Assembly (NCBI GenBank): GCA_029262755.1
Contig: JAJCYU010000060.1
Coordinates: 1-55,340, forward strand
Direction: 5' to 3'
DNA from: Anaerolineae bacterium
Lineage (GTDB): Bacteria > Chloroflexota > Anaerolineae > Epilineales > Epilineaceae
Length of the DNA stretch: 55,340 bases
Part shown: positions 35,378-44,369 of the stretch, piece after piece
Layout of the letters: every line of letters begins with the position of its first letter
Numbering within the stretch: the first letter of the stretch is position 1
Position numbers and translations under genes: made by a program
The notes under the pieces: model-generated
What the model was told of the DNA's origin: nothing
The model's input: the letters and a program-made list of their open reading frames with translations, nothing else
Databases searched by the model: none

Positions 35378-37414
35378 ATGGATGCCAGCTCGACGGACCA
35401 CCGTCTTCGCCAGCGCGACTACATGTTGCGCATCGCCCGTGCGATGAGCGCCCAACTCGACCCGCACGAAGTGTTGGCCCTCGTCATCCGGGCCGCCGTG
35501 ACGATGACGGGTGGTTCCGCCGGCGCCATCGCGATCCGCCGCGAAGCCCTCGCGGCGGAGCTGCGAAGCGTGGACGAACCGGCCGCCATGCCGGACAGTG
35601 AGGTCGAGATCGTCGCCAGCTACCAGCTCGAGCCCGCGATGATCGCGTTCGTACATGCGACGAGCGGTCGACCGACCGTCACGCCCGTTGAATCGGATTC
35701 GGCTCGTGATCCCACGGAAGACGACGCGCCCCAATGGCAACCGGCAGAGGACGTTGTCGACGATTCCGAGCCGGGTGGGATCATCGACTTGGACCCCGAA
35801 CCCGAGCCGTCGGTTTCGTGGCCCGAGGGCGAAACACCGACGGCGTCCGGCCGAGGGGATGCGCCGATCACCATCGACGCCATCACGCCCCCACGGGCGG
35901 CGCGCCCCGCGCCCTTGGCCCGTGTCCGGCCCGTAACGCCCCGTGAACCACGGCAAATGCTGACCCTGCCCTTGCGCTTTTCCGGCGTGGAGATCGGCCG
36001 AATCGTGGTGTTTCGCAGCGAAGGCGCCACCCTCTTCACCCCCGTGGACACGCAACTGCTGCGCACCTTCGCCGACCAGGCCGCGGTGGCGATCGGCAAC
36101 GCGCTGCTCCACGAACGGCTGGCGCGCAGCGAACAGCGCCTTGCCGGCGTGGTGGAGCACAGCCCCGTCGGCATCCTCCTACTGGACGACAAGGGAAGGG
36201 TGCGGTCTGCCAACGCCGCCGTCGAAGCGCTCACCGGGCGCGACCGCGCGGCGCTTCTTGGTCGACGCTTGGAGGAGGCCGTGCCGCTCATCGACGAAGA
36301 GGGCCTCGTCGTTCCCGCGCCGATCCCAGTCCGGTCGGCTGAACACGATGACGACGCCGCCACATCGCCATCGAGGACCCGTTCTGCGCGCGGCGCCGTG
36401 CGAGTCGGCGCCGGTGCGTCGACCGCAGCAACATCCCGAGTTTCAGGCCGCGACGCCCTGCGTTGGGTGCAGATTTCAGTTACACCCCTCGACGACGATG
36501 ACGACATGGGCGGCGGTGCGGTAGCGGTTGTTACCGACCTTACCGCGTGGCGCGACGCCGAACGCGCGAAGACGGCGTTCCTCGCGGGGCTCTCGCACGA
36601 GCTCAAGACACCGCTGGCATTGATACGTGGCTTTGCGGAGACCCTGGGAACGCCGGAGCTTCGCGAGCCGGAGCGGGGTGGATTTCACGAAGAAGCCGTG
36701 CAGGTGATCCTCGACGAAACGGCCCACCTGACCCGCATGGTCGACCAACTCCTGCTGGCCGCGCGCGCCAGCGCGGGTGCGTTGCGCCTCGACCTGCACG
36801 AGGTCGATCTCGGCGCACTCGCCGCCGAGCGCGTCTCGCACTTTCGCGCCGCGTTTCCCGAGCACGCGTGGCGAATTGACGCGGAGACCGGGAGCACGTT
36901 GCTTGCGGATCCGACGCGGCTGCGTGAGGTGTTGTCCAACTTGCTCAGCAATGCAGCCAAATATGCACCGGCCGGATCGACGGTGTGGGTCACGGTCGGC
37001 CCGTTGCGCGGTCGAACAGGCGGTGTGTGGCTTCGCGTCCGCGACGAGGGCGTTGGCTTGAGCCCTTCGCAGTCGGAGCGCGTGTTCGAGCGGTTTTGGC
37101 GCGCGGACGAGCGCATCGAGGGCGCGGGCCTCGGTCTGTTCATGACCCGCGCGATCGTGGAGGCGCATGGTGGCACGATCGCGATTCAAGAGACCGCGCC
37201 CGGTCGCGGCACGACCTTCCGCGTCACGCTGCCTGCCGCGCCGCCCGCCGGCCGCGCAAGCCTGCACCCCGGATTGTCCGCGGACCGAGGCGATTCGCAG
37301 CCGGAAGCAACGACGCCGTCCGGGGCTCGTAGTCGGCGAGGGTCGGCCACGGTTGCTGCGGCCCCATCACCCCTGAGCAGCGAGCACACCCCCGACACCG
37401 AGGAGCTACCGTGA
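35378..37414 (+). CDS. Cytoplasmic GAF-PAS sensor histidine kinase
   Basis: 678 aa with no TM segment. The GAF domain is split by an acidic/Pro-rich insert. PAS: [47 protein letters not shown]-box: [20 protein letters not shown] box: [14 protein letters not shown] boxes: [26 protein letters not shown]. Confidence 0.9.
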   Translation: MDASSTDHRLRQRDYMLRIARAMSAQLDPHEVLALVIRAAVTMTGGSAGAIAIRREALAAELRSVDEPAAMPDSEVEIVASYQLEPAMIAFVHATSGRPTVTPVESDSARDPTEDDAPQWQPAEDVVDDSEPGGIIDLDPEPEPSVSWPEGETPTASGRGDAPITIDAITPPRAARPAPLARVRPVTPREPRQMLTLPLRFSGVEIGRIVVFRSEGATLFTPVDTQLLRTFADQAAVAIGNALLHERLARSEQRLAGVVEHSPVGILLLDDKGRVRSANAAVEALTGRDRAALLGRRLEEAVPLIDEEGLVVPAPIPVRSAEHDDDAATSPSRTRSARGAVRVGAGASTAATSRVSGRDALRWVQISVTPLDDDDDMGGGAVAVVTDLTAWRDAERAKTAFLAGLSHELKTPLALIRGFAETLGTPELREPERGGFHEEAVQVILDETAHLTRMVDQLLLAARASAGALRLDLHEVDLGALAAERVSHFRAAFPEHAWRIDAETGSTLLADPTRLREVLSNLLSNAAKYAPAGSTVWVTVGPLRGRTGGVWLRVRDEGVGLSPSQSERVFERFWRADERIEGAGLGLFMTRAIVEAHGGTIAIQETAPGRGTTFRVTLPAAPPAGRASLHPGLSADRGDSQPEATTPSGARSRRGSATVAAAPSPLSSEHTPDTEELP

Positions 37415-38157
37415 CCCTGGAAGACACCGGATTGTTGGACGGCCGCCTGGTGCTCGTATGTGACGACGAGCCGCGGATCATCCAGTTCGTACGTTTCAAC
37501 TTCGAGCTGAAGGGGGCGCGCGTCATGGAGGCCGGAGACGGCGAGACCTGCCTTGATCTCGCGCGCCGCGAGCTGCCCGATTTGGTGGTGCTCGACGTCC
37601 AGATGCCGGGAATGGACGGATTCGAGACCCTGCGCGAGCTGCGCGCCTTCTCGGACGTCCCTGTCATCATGCTCACGGTGCAGGCCGAGGAAACGGACCG
37701 GATCCGCGGCCTCGACCTCGGGGCCGACGACTACGTCGCCAAGCCGTTTAGCCCCGCGGAGCTCGTCAGCCGCGCACGGGCGGTCTTGCGCCGAGTCCAG
37801 ACACCGCGTGACACGCGCGTCGTGAACGTCGACGAGCACCTGCAGATCGATTTCGGCGCGCGCGAGGTCATCGCCGGCGGGGAGCGAGTAAAGCTGCGGC
37901 CCACGGAATGGCGGCTGCTCTACCACTTGGTCACGCACGCCGGATGGCTGCAGACCCACGAACAGATCCTGACGCACGTATGGGGACCGGAATACGTCGG
38001 CCAAGACAACTACGTTCGTTTGTACGTGACCTACTTGCGCCAAAAGATCGAGCGCACCCCTTCTTCGCCGCGCTACATCCAGACCGAGCGCGGCCAGGGC
38101 TATCGCTTCGTCGACTTCGCGGCAAAGCGCGACGTCCCGGGCGACCTGGACAGCTAG
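37411..38157 (+). CDS. OmpR/PhoB-family response regulator
   Basis: 248 aa. The GTG start overlaps the kinase stop (GTGA). Receiver: [10 protein letters not shown]...[22 protein letters not shown]...PVIMLT...[10 protein letters not shown]. Winged helix: [13 protein letters not shown]...[14 protein letters not shown]...[11 protein letters not shown]. Confidence 0.9.
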   Translation: MTLEDTGLLDGRLVLVCDDEPRIIQFVRFNFELKGARVMEAGDGETCLDLARRELPDLVVLDVQMPGMDGFETLRELRAFSDVPVIMLTVQAEETDRIRGLDLGADDYVAKPFSPAELVSRARAVLRRVQTPRDTRVVNVDEHLQIDFGAREVIAGGERVKLRPTEWRLLYHLVTHAGWLQTHEQILTHVWGPEYVGQDNYVRLYVTYLRQKIERTPSSPRYIQTERGQGYRFVDFAAKRDVPGDLDS

Positions 38158-38332
38158 CAGACTCCGAGGTGCGGAACTGCCGGCTGATTTCCTACCCACC
38201 GGATCCGAGTCCTCTGCACGGATTCGCTACTGCCCTGTCCGCGCGGACCATGGCAAGATGTTAATCCCTGCGAGATGTCCGTGCCGCGTGCGTCGCGGCC
38301 GTCCCGTGCGCGGGGACCAGGGGGCCAATACC

Positions 38333-40192
38333 ATGATGAACTTCCGGACCCAGCGTTGGAATCGCAACGGCACGCTGTCGGCCCGCGGTCGCTCGGCGCT
38401 CGCGGCGATCATGGCCGCCGGCCTCGCCGCGGCTGCGATCGGAACGCTCGCCGCACGCGTCGGCGACGCTTCGCGCGTGTCCGCGCAACGATCCAACGAG
38501 AGCACGTGCCGCGACGACGACCCGGATACCGGGGTCCTCCTCTCGACCCGTGCAATCTCGCCAACCTCCATTCTGCTGTGCGAGACCGCGACGGTTTCGG
38601 CCACCTTGCGCGCCAGTTGCGACGCGGTACCGCTGCACATCGTGCTCAACATCGATCGCTCAGGCTCGATGGTCGGCCAGCCGATACAGGACGTGAAGAA
38701 GGCATCGCAGGCGCTGGTCGACGTGCTCAAGATGGGCGACAACCCCTCCACCAAGGTCGGGCTTGTATCCCACGGCGATCCGCCCAGCCGAGACCTTCAG
38801 CTCTCGAGCAACGAGGGACAGGTCCGCGGACGGATCAACCGACTGAATGCCTTCGGCGAGGACAACCTGCCACGCTCCATCGACGACTCCGTGCTCATAC
38901 TCCGCCAGGGCCGGGACAACCGCGACGTTCCGCCCGTCGAAGCCATGGTCGTCCTCTCGGACGGCGGCCAAACCTATCCGCCGCAGCAGGCTATCGGATC
39001 CGCGGGCCGAGCCAAGGGTCAGGGCATTCTGGTCGTCTCCGTGTGCATCAACAACGGGCTCGGCGATTGCGGCGCGATGCGCCAGCTGGCCTCGAGCCCG
39101 CGCTTCTACTTCGAGACCCGCTCGACAGCCTCCCTGCAACGCATTTTCCGAGAGATCGCGGAGGACTTGCGGGACATCAACCTGCGCTCGGTCGAGGTCG
39201 AGGAGACGGTACCCGACGGCGTGGAGCTGATCGTGGACTCCGTGTTCCCCGAGCCGGAAGACATCGACGGTGCCACGATTTCCTGGCGTTTCCGCTTTGC
39301 GGCTGCGCGTGAGATCACGTTCAGCTACGAGGTCTCGCCCACCATGGCCGGAGCTCCCGTCTTCGCGGAATCCGAGGTCGAATACCGCGACAGCCGCAAT
39401 GCCATCGGCGTGATGCGCGTGCCGACCCAAACCCTGACCATACCGGGTCCGTGCGGGGGCCCCTCCCCTACACCCACCGAGCCACCGCCAACGCCCACCC
39501 CGACGAACACACCGACTCCCACGGCAACCCCGACACCAACCGCGACCCCGTCGCCGACGATCACGCCGACCCCGCAGCCGGTGCTGCTCTATCTGCCGAT
39601 CTTGAACCTATACCGCTGTCCGCCGCGGGAACGCCCCGTCGACGCCGTGCTCGTCATCGACGCCTCGACGAGCATGCGCCAGCCGACCGGCGCCGGGCGC
39701 GCCAAGATCGAGGCCGCGCGCGACGGGGCGCTCGCATGGCTAGGCGTCACGCGTGACGCGGACCACACGGCCATCATTGCGTTCAACAGCGAGGCCTTGC
39801 TCATGGCGGGGCTGACCGCTGACGAGAGCACGCTGCGAACTGCCATCGCGGCGATCGAGACCTCGCCGACGACGCGCATCGACCTGGCGTTGCAGGCGGC
39901 CACCGCAGAGCTCACGGGTCCGCGCAGGCGGCCGGCGGCGCGCGGCGTGATCGTGCTCATGACCGACGGCGCGCCGACGGGCACGACACCGGACGCCGTG
40001 CGAGCTGCAGGCGGACCGGCACGTGATGTCGCGACCGTGTTCACCATCGGCGTCGGCCCCTCCGTGGATGCGGCACTGATGACCGACGTGGCGGGCGATC
40101 CGGTGCGCTACGTGCCGGTGCCGGAGGCGGAAGCGCTGGCCGGCATTTACGAGGATATTCGCGAAGCATTGCCCTGTCCTCCGCGGCCGTGA
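38333..40192 (+). CDS. Secreted tandem-VWA protein (paralog family)
   Basis: ATG 38333; the track start is 38258. Signal peptide: RSALAAIMAAGLAAAAIGTLAARVG. AISPTSILLCETATVSATLRASC precedes VWA 1 (VLNIDRSGSM ... VLSDGG). DUF11-like strands: VEETVPDGVELIVDS...ATISWRFRF. A TP linker and LYLPILNLYRC precede VWA 2 (LVIDASTSM ... LMTDGAP). The protein ends ...EALPCPPRP. Confidence 0.85.
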   Translation: MMNFRTQRWNRNGTLSARGRSALAAIMAAGLAAAAIGTLAARVGDASRVSAQRSNESTCRDDDPDTGVLLSTRAISPTSILLCETATVSATLRASCDAVPLHIVLNIDRSGSMVGQPIQDVKKASQALVDVLKMGDNPSTKVGLVSHGDPPSRDLQLSSNEGQVRGRINRLNAFGEDNLPRSIDDSVLILRQGRDNRDVPPVEAMVVLSDGGQTYPPQQAIGSAGRAKGQGILVVSVCINNGLGDCGAMRQLASSPRFYFETRSTASLQRIFREIAEDLRDINLRSVEVEETVPDGVELIVDSVFPEPEDIDGATISWRFRFAAAREITFSYEVSPTMAGAPVFAESEVEYRDSRNAIGVMRVPTQTLTIPGPCGGPSPTPTEPPPTPTPTNTPTPTATPTPTATPSPTITPTPQPVLLYLPILNLYRCPPRERPVDAVLVIDASTSMRQPTGAGRAKIEAARDGALAWLGVTRDADHTAIIAFNSEALLMAGLTADESTLRTAIAAIETSPTTRIDLALQAATAELTGPRRRPAARGVIVLMTDGAPTGTTPDAVRAAGGPARDVATVFTIGVGPSVDAALMTDVAGDPVRYVPVPEAEALAGIYEDIREALPCPPRP

Positions 40193-40225
40193 GCGGGACC
40201 CGGCGAAGACGCTTCTGGCCGTAGG

Positions 40226-40315
40226 CCGGCCCCAACAGGGCCGGTTCGAAACGAAGGGCCGAATCGGGGCAACGACTCGGTGCGGGCGTCCGATGGACGC
40301 CCGCACCGAATCGTT
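40226..40315 (+). terminator. Two tandem G+C-rich hairpins between convergent genes (candidate terminator region)
   Basis: Hairpin 1 (40226-40244): CCGGCCC-caaca-GGGCCGG followed by TT. Hairpin 2 (40271-40315): AACGACTCGGTGCGGGCGTCC-gat-GGACGCCCGCACCGAATCGTT, with a perfect 14-bp core extended to ~21 bp with one mismatch. There is no strong U-tract. Confidence 0.45.
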
Positions 40316-40489
40316 CTGCTACCCCGTCCTGCGACTCGAATTCCTACTCGCGGTTGGTCCTTATGCCTTCGCCCTACCCGCGTCGCTCATCCTATCGCGC
40401 GCGTTCCGCCGCACCGAGTCTGGATTCGTGCTACCCGTGCGCGCCCCTCTTTGCGATCGGCGCGGGCGACGAAGACATGTCGGCGGTGC

Positions 40490-40963
40490 CTAGCGCGTGC
40501 GAACCTCGATCTTGCGCGGTTTCACGTCCTCGCGCTTCGGGAGGCGCAGGGTGAGCACGCCGTCGCGCACCTCCGCCTCCGCGCCTTCGGCGTTGACCTG
40601 GTCGGGCAAGGTCATCGCGCGCCGAAAACTACCGCTGCGCCATTCGCGCAGGTGATAGCGCTCTTCCTCGTCGGTCGAGTCGACCTGCGTGTTGAGCTCC
40701 CCTGCCACCGTCAGCACGTCGGCCTGCACCGTGATGTCGAGGTCCTCGGTGCGAAAGCCCGGCACCGGAGCTCGGACGATGATCTCATCCTCGCGATCGA
40801 TCACATCGAAGGGCACCGTCGCGCTTCCGATGCCGTTGCCGTTGCCGTTGCCGTTCGTGCCGGCACGCGGGGCGTTCGGCAGGAGTGCTTCGTCGAACAT
40901 ATGCTGCATTGCGTCGCGCAGGGTCAGGTATTCGGGGAATCGAGTACGGCGAACCATGGTCAT
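40490..40963 (-). CDS. Hsp20/alpha-crystallin small heat-shock protein
   Basis: 157 aa from ATG 40963 (GAGGAG 8 nt upstream). PFDVIDREDEIIVRAPVPGFRTEDLDITVQADVLTVAGE...FRRAMTLPDQVNAEGAEAEVRDGVLTLRLPK is the alpha-crystallin domain pattern. Confidence 0.9.
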   Translation of the reverse strand: MTMVRRTRFPEYLTLRDAMQHMFDEALLPNAPRAGTNGNGNGNGIGSATVPFDVIDREDEIIVRAPVPGFRTEDLDITVQADVLTVAGELNTQVDSTDEEERYHLREWRSGSFRRAMTLPDQVNAEGAEAEVRDGVLTLRLPKREDVKPRKIEVRTR

Positions 40964-41061
40964 TTTCTTGGCTCCTCGTATGGAATCTGGGCCCGGGCCA
41001 CCCGGCGGCATTTCGCGCCTGCCTGGGTCCGCCTCGGGCGTGAATGCGGTTCGAGAGCCAT

Positions 41062-41129
41062 GCTAGGCGCGCGCTGTTAGCGAGGCGCTAGCACCTCGCT
41101 AGAGCGGCGCTAGAGCGGCGCTAGAGGCC
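41062..41129. promoter_or_regulatory. Phased GCTAG array plus CIRCE-like inverted repeat upstream of hsp20
   Basis: GCTAG occurs at 41062, 41087, 41098, 41109 and 41120 (spacings 25, 11, 11, 11). The 11-nt unit GCTAGAGCGGC is repeated 2.8 times (41098-41127). Inverted repeat TTAGCGAGG (41077-41085), N8, CCTCGCTA (41094-41101). The region lies 99-161 nt upstream of the hsp20 start and straddles the modC stop codon (41121-41123). Function is inferred only. Confidence 0.3.
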
Positions 41130-41936
41130 ATTGTCGCCGTCTTTCCCCTCGTCCACCCCACGCACACGATCGTCGCGCACAGGATCGTCTTGCTCGCGGT
41201 CATCGCTCATGCGGACATTACGCGCGCGGTGGTCTAGAGCGGGATCCACGGACACCAATCTTCCGCGCTCCATGCGCACGCACCCGGCCGACAAGCGCTG
41301 CGCGACATCGCGCTCGTGGCTGACCAGCAGAACCGGTCCGTCGAAATCCTGTAGCGCGGCAACGAGGACGTCGAGCGTCTGGGCACGCGCGTCCGGATCG
41401 AGCGCCGCAAGCGGCTCGTCGAGTAGCAGCCAACGGGGCGAGCAAGCGAGGGCTCGCGCCAAGGCCACGCGTTGAGCCTGCCCGGCCGACAGACGGGCGG
41501 GCCGCAATGCGGCCAGCGATGCCATCCCGAGGCGCTCGAGCCAGGAATCGGCCGCGTCGCGGGCAGCCTTGCGGTCGATGCCACGAGAGCGCGCGCCGTA
41601 GGCCACGTTGTCCCGTGCCGTTAAGGATGGAAAGAGCCGCCGATCCTGATAGCACACCCCCACGCGACGGGCCTGGGTCGGCAACCGAACACCGCGCGCC
41701 ACGTCTTCCATCACCGTGGCTCCCAGCTGCACCCGACCCTCCGAGGCCGCAATGTGCCCTGCCAGCGTGGCCAACAAGGTCGTCTTGCCCGCCCCGTTCG
41801 CGCCCTCGATCACCAACACCGAGCCCGCGGGAACGTCGAGCGCAAGCTGGATTCTTAGGTCGCCCCGGACCACGGACATCGAAGCGCGCAGCCCTTCTGC
41901 CGCTCCCCCTCCCCCTGACGCCTGGGCGGATTTCAA
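41121..41936 (-). CDS. modC: Molybdate-type ABC transporter ATP-binding protein (short form, no TOBE domain)
   Basis: 271 aa. Walker A GANGAGKTT, signature LSAGQAQRVALARAL, Walker B LLLDEPLAALD. The start overlaps the modB stop (ATGA). An acidic low-complexity C-terminal tail stands in place of the usual TOBE/Mop domain. Confidence 0.8.
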   Translation of the reverse strand: MKSAQASGGGGAAEGLRASMSVVRGDLRIQLALDVPAGSVLVIEGANGAGKTTLLATLAGHIAASEGRVQLGATVMEDVARGVRLPTQARRVGVCYQDRRLFPSLTARDNVAYGARSRGIDRKAARDAADSWLERLGMASLAALRPARLSAGQAQRVALARALACSPRWLLLDEPLAALDPDARAQTLDVLVAALQDFDGPVLLVSHERDVAQRLSAGCVRMERGRLVSVDPALDHRARNVRMSDDREQDDPVRDDRVRGVDEGKDGDNGL

Positions 41937-42733
41937 GGCCGCACCTCTTCGCCGCGGAGGGCCACGAGTACCGCGAGGGACAGGCCCAACATCAGCACGC
42001 CCAGCAGCACCGCAAGGTCGGGGTCGCGTTGGAGGGCGCTAAAGACCGCAAGCGGCAACGTACGGGTCGTGCCACGCACGTTGCCGGCGAAGGTGATCGT
42101 CGCGCCGAACTCGCCGAGCGCGCGCGCCCAACACAAGACGAGACCCGCGGTAAGGGAGCGACGCGCCTCGGGCAAGGTGACGGTGCGCATGATGCGCCAG
42201 CGCGATGCACCGAGGCTTGCCGCGGCAGCCTCGAGCGCAGGATCCACCGCGGAGAGCCCCGCCTCCGCGCTACGCACGAAGAACGGTGCCGAGACGAAGG
42301 CGGCTGCCAGCACGGCGGCCGCGGTCGTAAACGGCAACGTCAGGCCCCCGGCCTCCAACGCGCCGCCGAGCAGGCCGCGGCGACCGAAGGCCGCGAGCAG
42401 CGCGACGCCGGCCACGACCGGTGGCAGCACCATCGGCAGCGTGACAAGCGCGCGCAGGGCGCCGCGCAGCGGAAAGCGTCCGCGGGACAACCACCATGCC
42501 AGCGGCAGCCCGAAGAACGCCGCCAGAACCGTGGCGCCCGTCGCAACGCCGAGCGAGAGCACGATGGCCGACCGCAGGTCCGCATCGGCAAGCAACGCCG
42601 CCGCACGCGTCCACGGCGCACGTGCGACCAGCGCGGCCAGCGGCAGCACGAGGAACGCGGCACCGACGAAGGCCAGTACCGCGAACACCGACGGCGCCGC
42701 CCCCTCTCCCCCGTCGCCGCGACGCAGCCTCAT
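41933..42733 (-). CDS. modB: Molybdate ABC transporter permease
   Basis: ATG 42733 overlaps the modA stop (ATGA); the track start is 42847. LSLGVATGATVLAAFFGLPLAWWLSR, LPMVLPPVVAGVALL and the ModB-typical TFAGNVRGTTRTLPLAVF are present. Confidence 0.9.
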   Translation of the reverse strand: MRLRRGDGGEGAAPSVFAVLAFVGAAFLVLPLAALVARAPWTRAAALLADADLRSAIVLSLGVATGATVLAAFFGLPLAWWLSRGRFPLRGALRALVTLPMVLPPVVAGVALLAAFGRRGLLGGALEAGGLTLPFTTAAAVLAAAFVSAPFFVRSAEAGLSAVDPALEAAAASLGASRWRIMRTVTLPEARRSLTAGLVLCWARALGEFGATITFAGNVRGTTRTLPLAVFSALQRDPDLAVLLGVLMLGLSLAVLVALRGEEVRP

Positions 42734-43551
42734 GGCGAAGAGAAACCATGTTCGGCCAGCAACGACCGGCCTTCGGTGCTCAACAACCACGCCGTGAACC
42801 CGTCCGCAGCCACGGACCGCGGCGTGTCGCTCGACCGGGCGATCCAATAGGTCGCCCGCACATCGGCCGCGGCGGGCAGTGGGATCGTGCGAACGGTGTC
42901 GGCGAGAGCCGAACCAAGGTCCGTCCGATAGACGATGCCCGCGTCCGCCTCCCCGAGCGCAACCTTCGCCAGAACCCCGCGCACGTCCGACTCTTCCGAG
43001 ACGCGGCCTGCGTCCACCGCGCCCGCGATGCCCAGTCGTTGCAAGGCTTCTCGCGCATAGGCACCGGCCGGAACGTCCGGGCCGGCAAGCACGAGGCGCA
43101 AGCCGGGCCGCGCAAGATCGATGGGCGTCTGCACGTGACCCGGATTGTCGAGCGGCGTGACGACGACGAGGCTGTTGGTCGCAAACGGCGTCCCGGCCAC
43201 GAAGAGCCCGACATCGCGCACGCGGTCGAGCTGGTGTGCGTCGGCGCTCGCAAAGAGGTCGGCGCGCGCACCTTCGAGCAACTGCGTGGCGAGGATCTGC
43301 GAACCCGCGGCGTGGATCACGACCTCCGTGCCGTCCGGTCGGGCGGCGAAGCGCGACGCGGCCTCGTCGAAAACGGCTTCCAGCGAGGCGGCGGCAAACA
43401 CCACGATCGGCGCGCGATTCCGATTCGTGCTCGCGCCACCGGCGAGCGGAGTCGCATCGCGTCGGGCACGCTGATCGCCCGTCTCACATGCGGCGATGCC
43501 GGTGGCGCAGAGCCCCATGCACAGGAGGAAGAACCATCTCCTGCAATCCAT
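42730..43551 (-). CDS. modA: Molybdate-binding lipoprotein (ABC substrate-binding protein)
   Basis: ATG 43551; the track start 43884 is an over-extension. Lipobox: FFLLCMGLCATGIAAC. IVVFAAASLEAVFDEAASRF...VVIHAAGSQILATQLLEGARADLFASAD... matches the ModA pattern. Confidence 0.85.
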   Translation of the reverse strand: MDCRRWFFLLCMGLCATGIAACETGDQRARRDATPLAGGASTNRNRAPIVVFAAASLEAVFDEAASRFAARPDGTEVVIHAAGSQILATQLLEGARADLFASADAHQLDRVRDVGLFVAGTPFATNSLVVVTPLDNPGHVQTPIDLARPGLRLVLAGPDVPAGAYAREALQRLGIAGAVDAGRVSEESDVRGVLAKVALGEADAGIVYRTDLGSALADTVRTIPLPAAADVRATYWIARSSDTPRSVAADGFTAWLLSTEGRSLLAEHGFSSP

Positions 43552-43721
43552 CTGCAGCGGCCGAATCCAGGAGCGATTCTGAGGTCGTCGCCGACTACCG
43601 CATCTGTTCCGGTACCAATCCACGCGCCACCGCGTACGCCGGCGCGCGTGCCGCGGGATGGGGAGCGCATAGGGCTCCGCCAAGCGGCCGGAAGTCCCGT
43701 CTGCCGCGTCTCGCCGCGCGC

Positions 43722-44369
43722 TCAACGCCAACGCCAGCGCGAGACACAAGGGCTGTCGACGTCCACAAACCGCAGCGCGGCGGCCGCCCAAATGCCGCTG
43801 TACGCGACCCCGACTCGGGGCGTGACCTGAATGCGCGACGGATCCGTGCCGGGCTCGAGACGCAGCGGCGATGCCCGGTCGCACAAATCGACGCGATTGT
43901 GCGCGCCGACCGTGACTCCAAGCGCGCGGCTCAGGCGACCGGGGCCGTCCATGCGCCCTGGTCCTTCCGCGCGACTCGGGCCGTCCCTGTCACCGGGCAC
44001 GTCGCGGATCGGCTCCGCGGCGCGCAGGAGCACGGCGGCTGGAATCCCCTCCCGGTTGCACACGACGTTCAGGAGGTGGTGCATGCCGTAGATGAGGTAT
44101 ACGTACGCCACGCCGGGGGCTCCGAACAGCACCTCCGTTCGCGGCGTGCGCCCCTTCGCACCGTGGCAGGCGAGATCATCCCCATCGAGATAGGCTTCGG
44201 TTTCCACGATTCGCGCTCTTCGCGTCCCGCCCGCCGCGTCGTGCACGATGGACGCGCCGAGCAGCGCACGCGCGACCGTGGCCGCGTCCCGCGCGAAGAA
44301 AGCGCGCGGGAATACGGCAGGCGGTGCGGGCGCCAGGCAGGCGGTGGGCGCGAGGGCGGGGTCGACCAT
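43722..44369 (-). CDS. mpg: DNA-3-methyladenine glycosylase, AAG/Mpg family
   Basis: 215 aa from ATG 44369; the track start is 44519. FFARDAATVARALLGASIV...ARIVETEAYLDGDDLACHGAKGRTPRTEVLFGAPGVAYVYLIYGMHHLLNVV...VLLRAAEPI...GPGRLSRALGV are the family-defining motifs. Confidence 0.85.
   Translation of the reverse strand: MVDPALAPTACLAPAPPAVFPRAFFARDAATVARALLGASIVHDAAGGTRRARIVETEAYLDGDDLACHGAKGRTPRTEVLFGAPGVAYVYLIYGMHHLLNVVCNREGIPAAVLLRAAEPIRDVPGDRDGPSRAEGPGRMDGPGRLSRALGVTVGAHNRVDLCDRASPLRLEPGTDPSRIQVTPRVGVAYSGIWAAAALRFVDVDSPCVSRWRWR

Noticed and set aside
35267-36160. N-terminal 298-aa extension of the J-protein ORF (track 34331..36160), and the minus ORF 35620..36606.
   Set aside because: The extension is antisense to the well-supported histidine kinase. 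A GTG with a perfect AAGGAGG sits exactly at the start of the J domain (35266).
41062-41129. Mini CRISPR-like or tandem-repeat array.
   Set aside because: The units are only 11 nt with no spacers and fewer than three full copies. It is reported instead as a possible operator or terminator element.
43552-43721. Molybdenum-cofactor (Moco) riboswitch in the 170-nt leader upstream of modA.
   Set aside because: The position is suggestive and the region can form G+C stems. I could not find the conserved Moco-motif core nucleotides by eye, so an Infernal scan with RF01055 is needed before any call.
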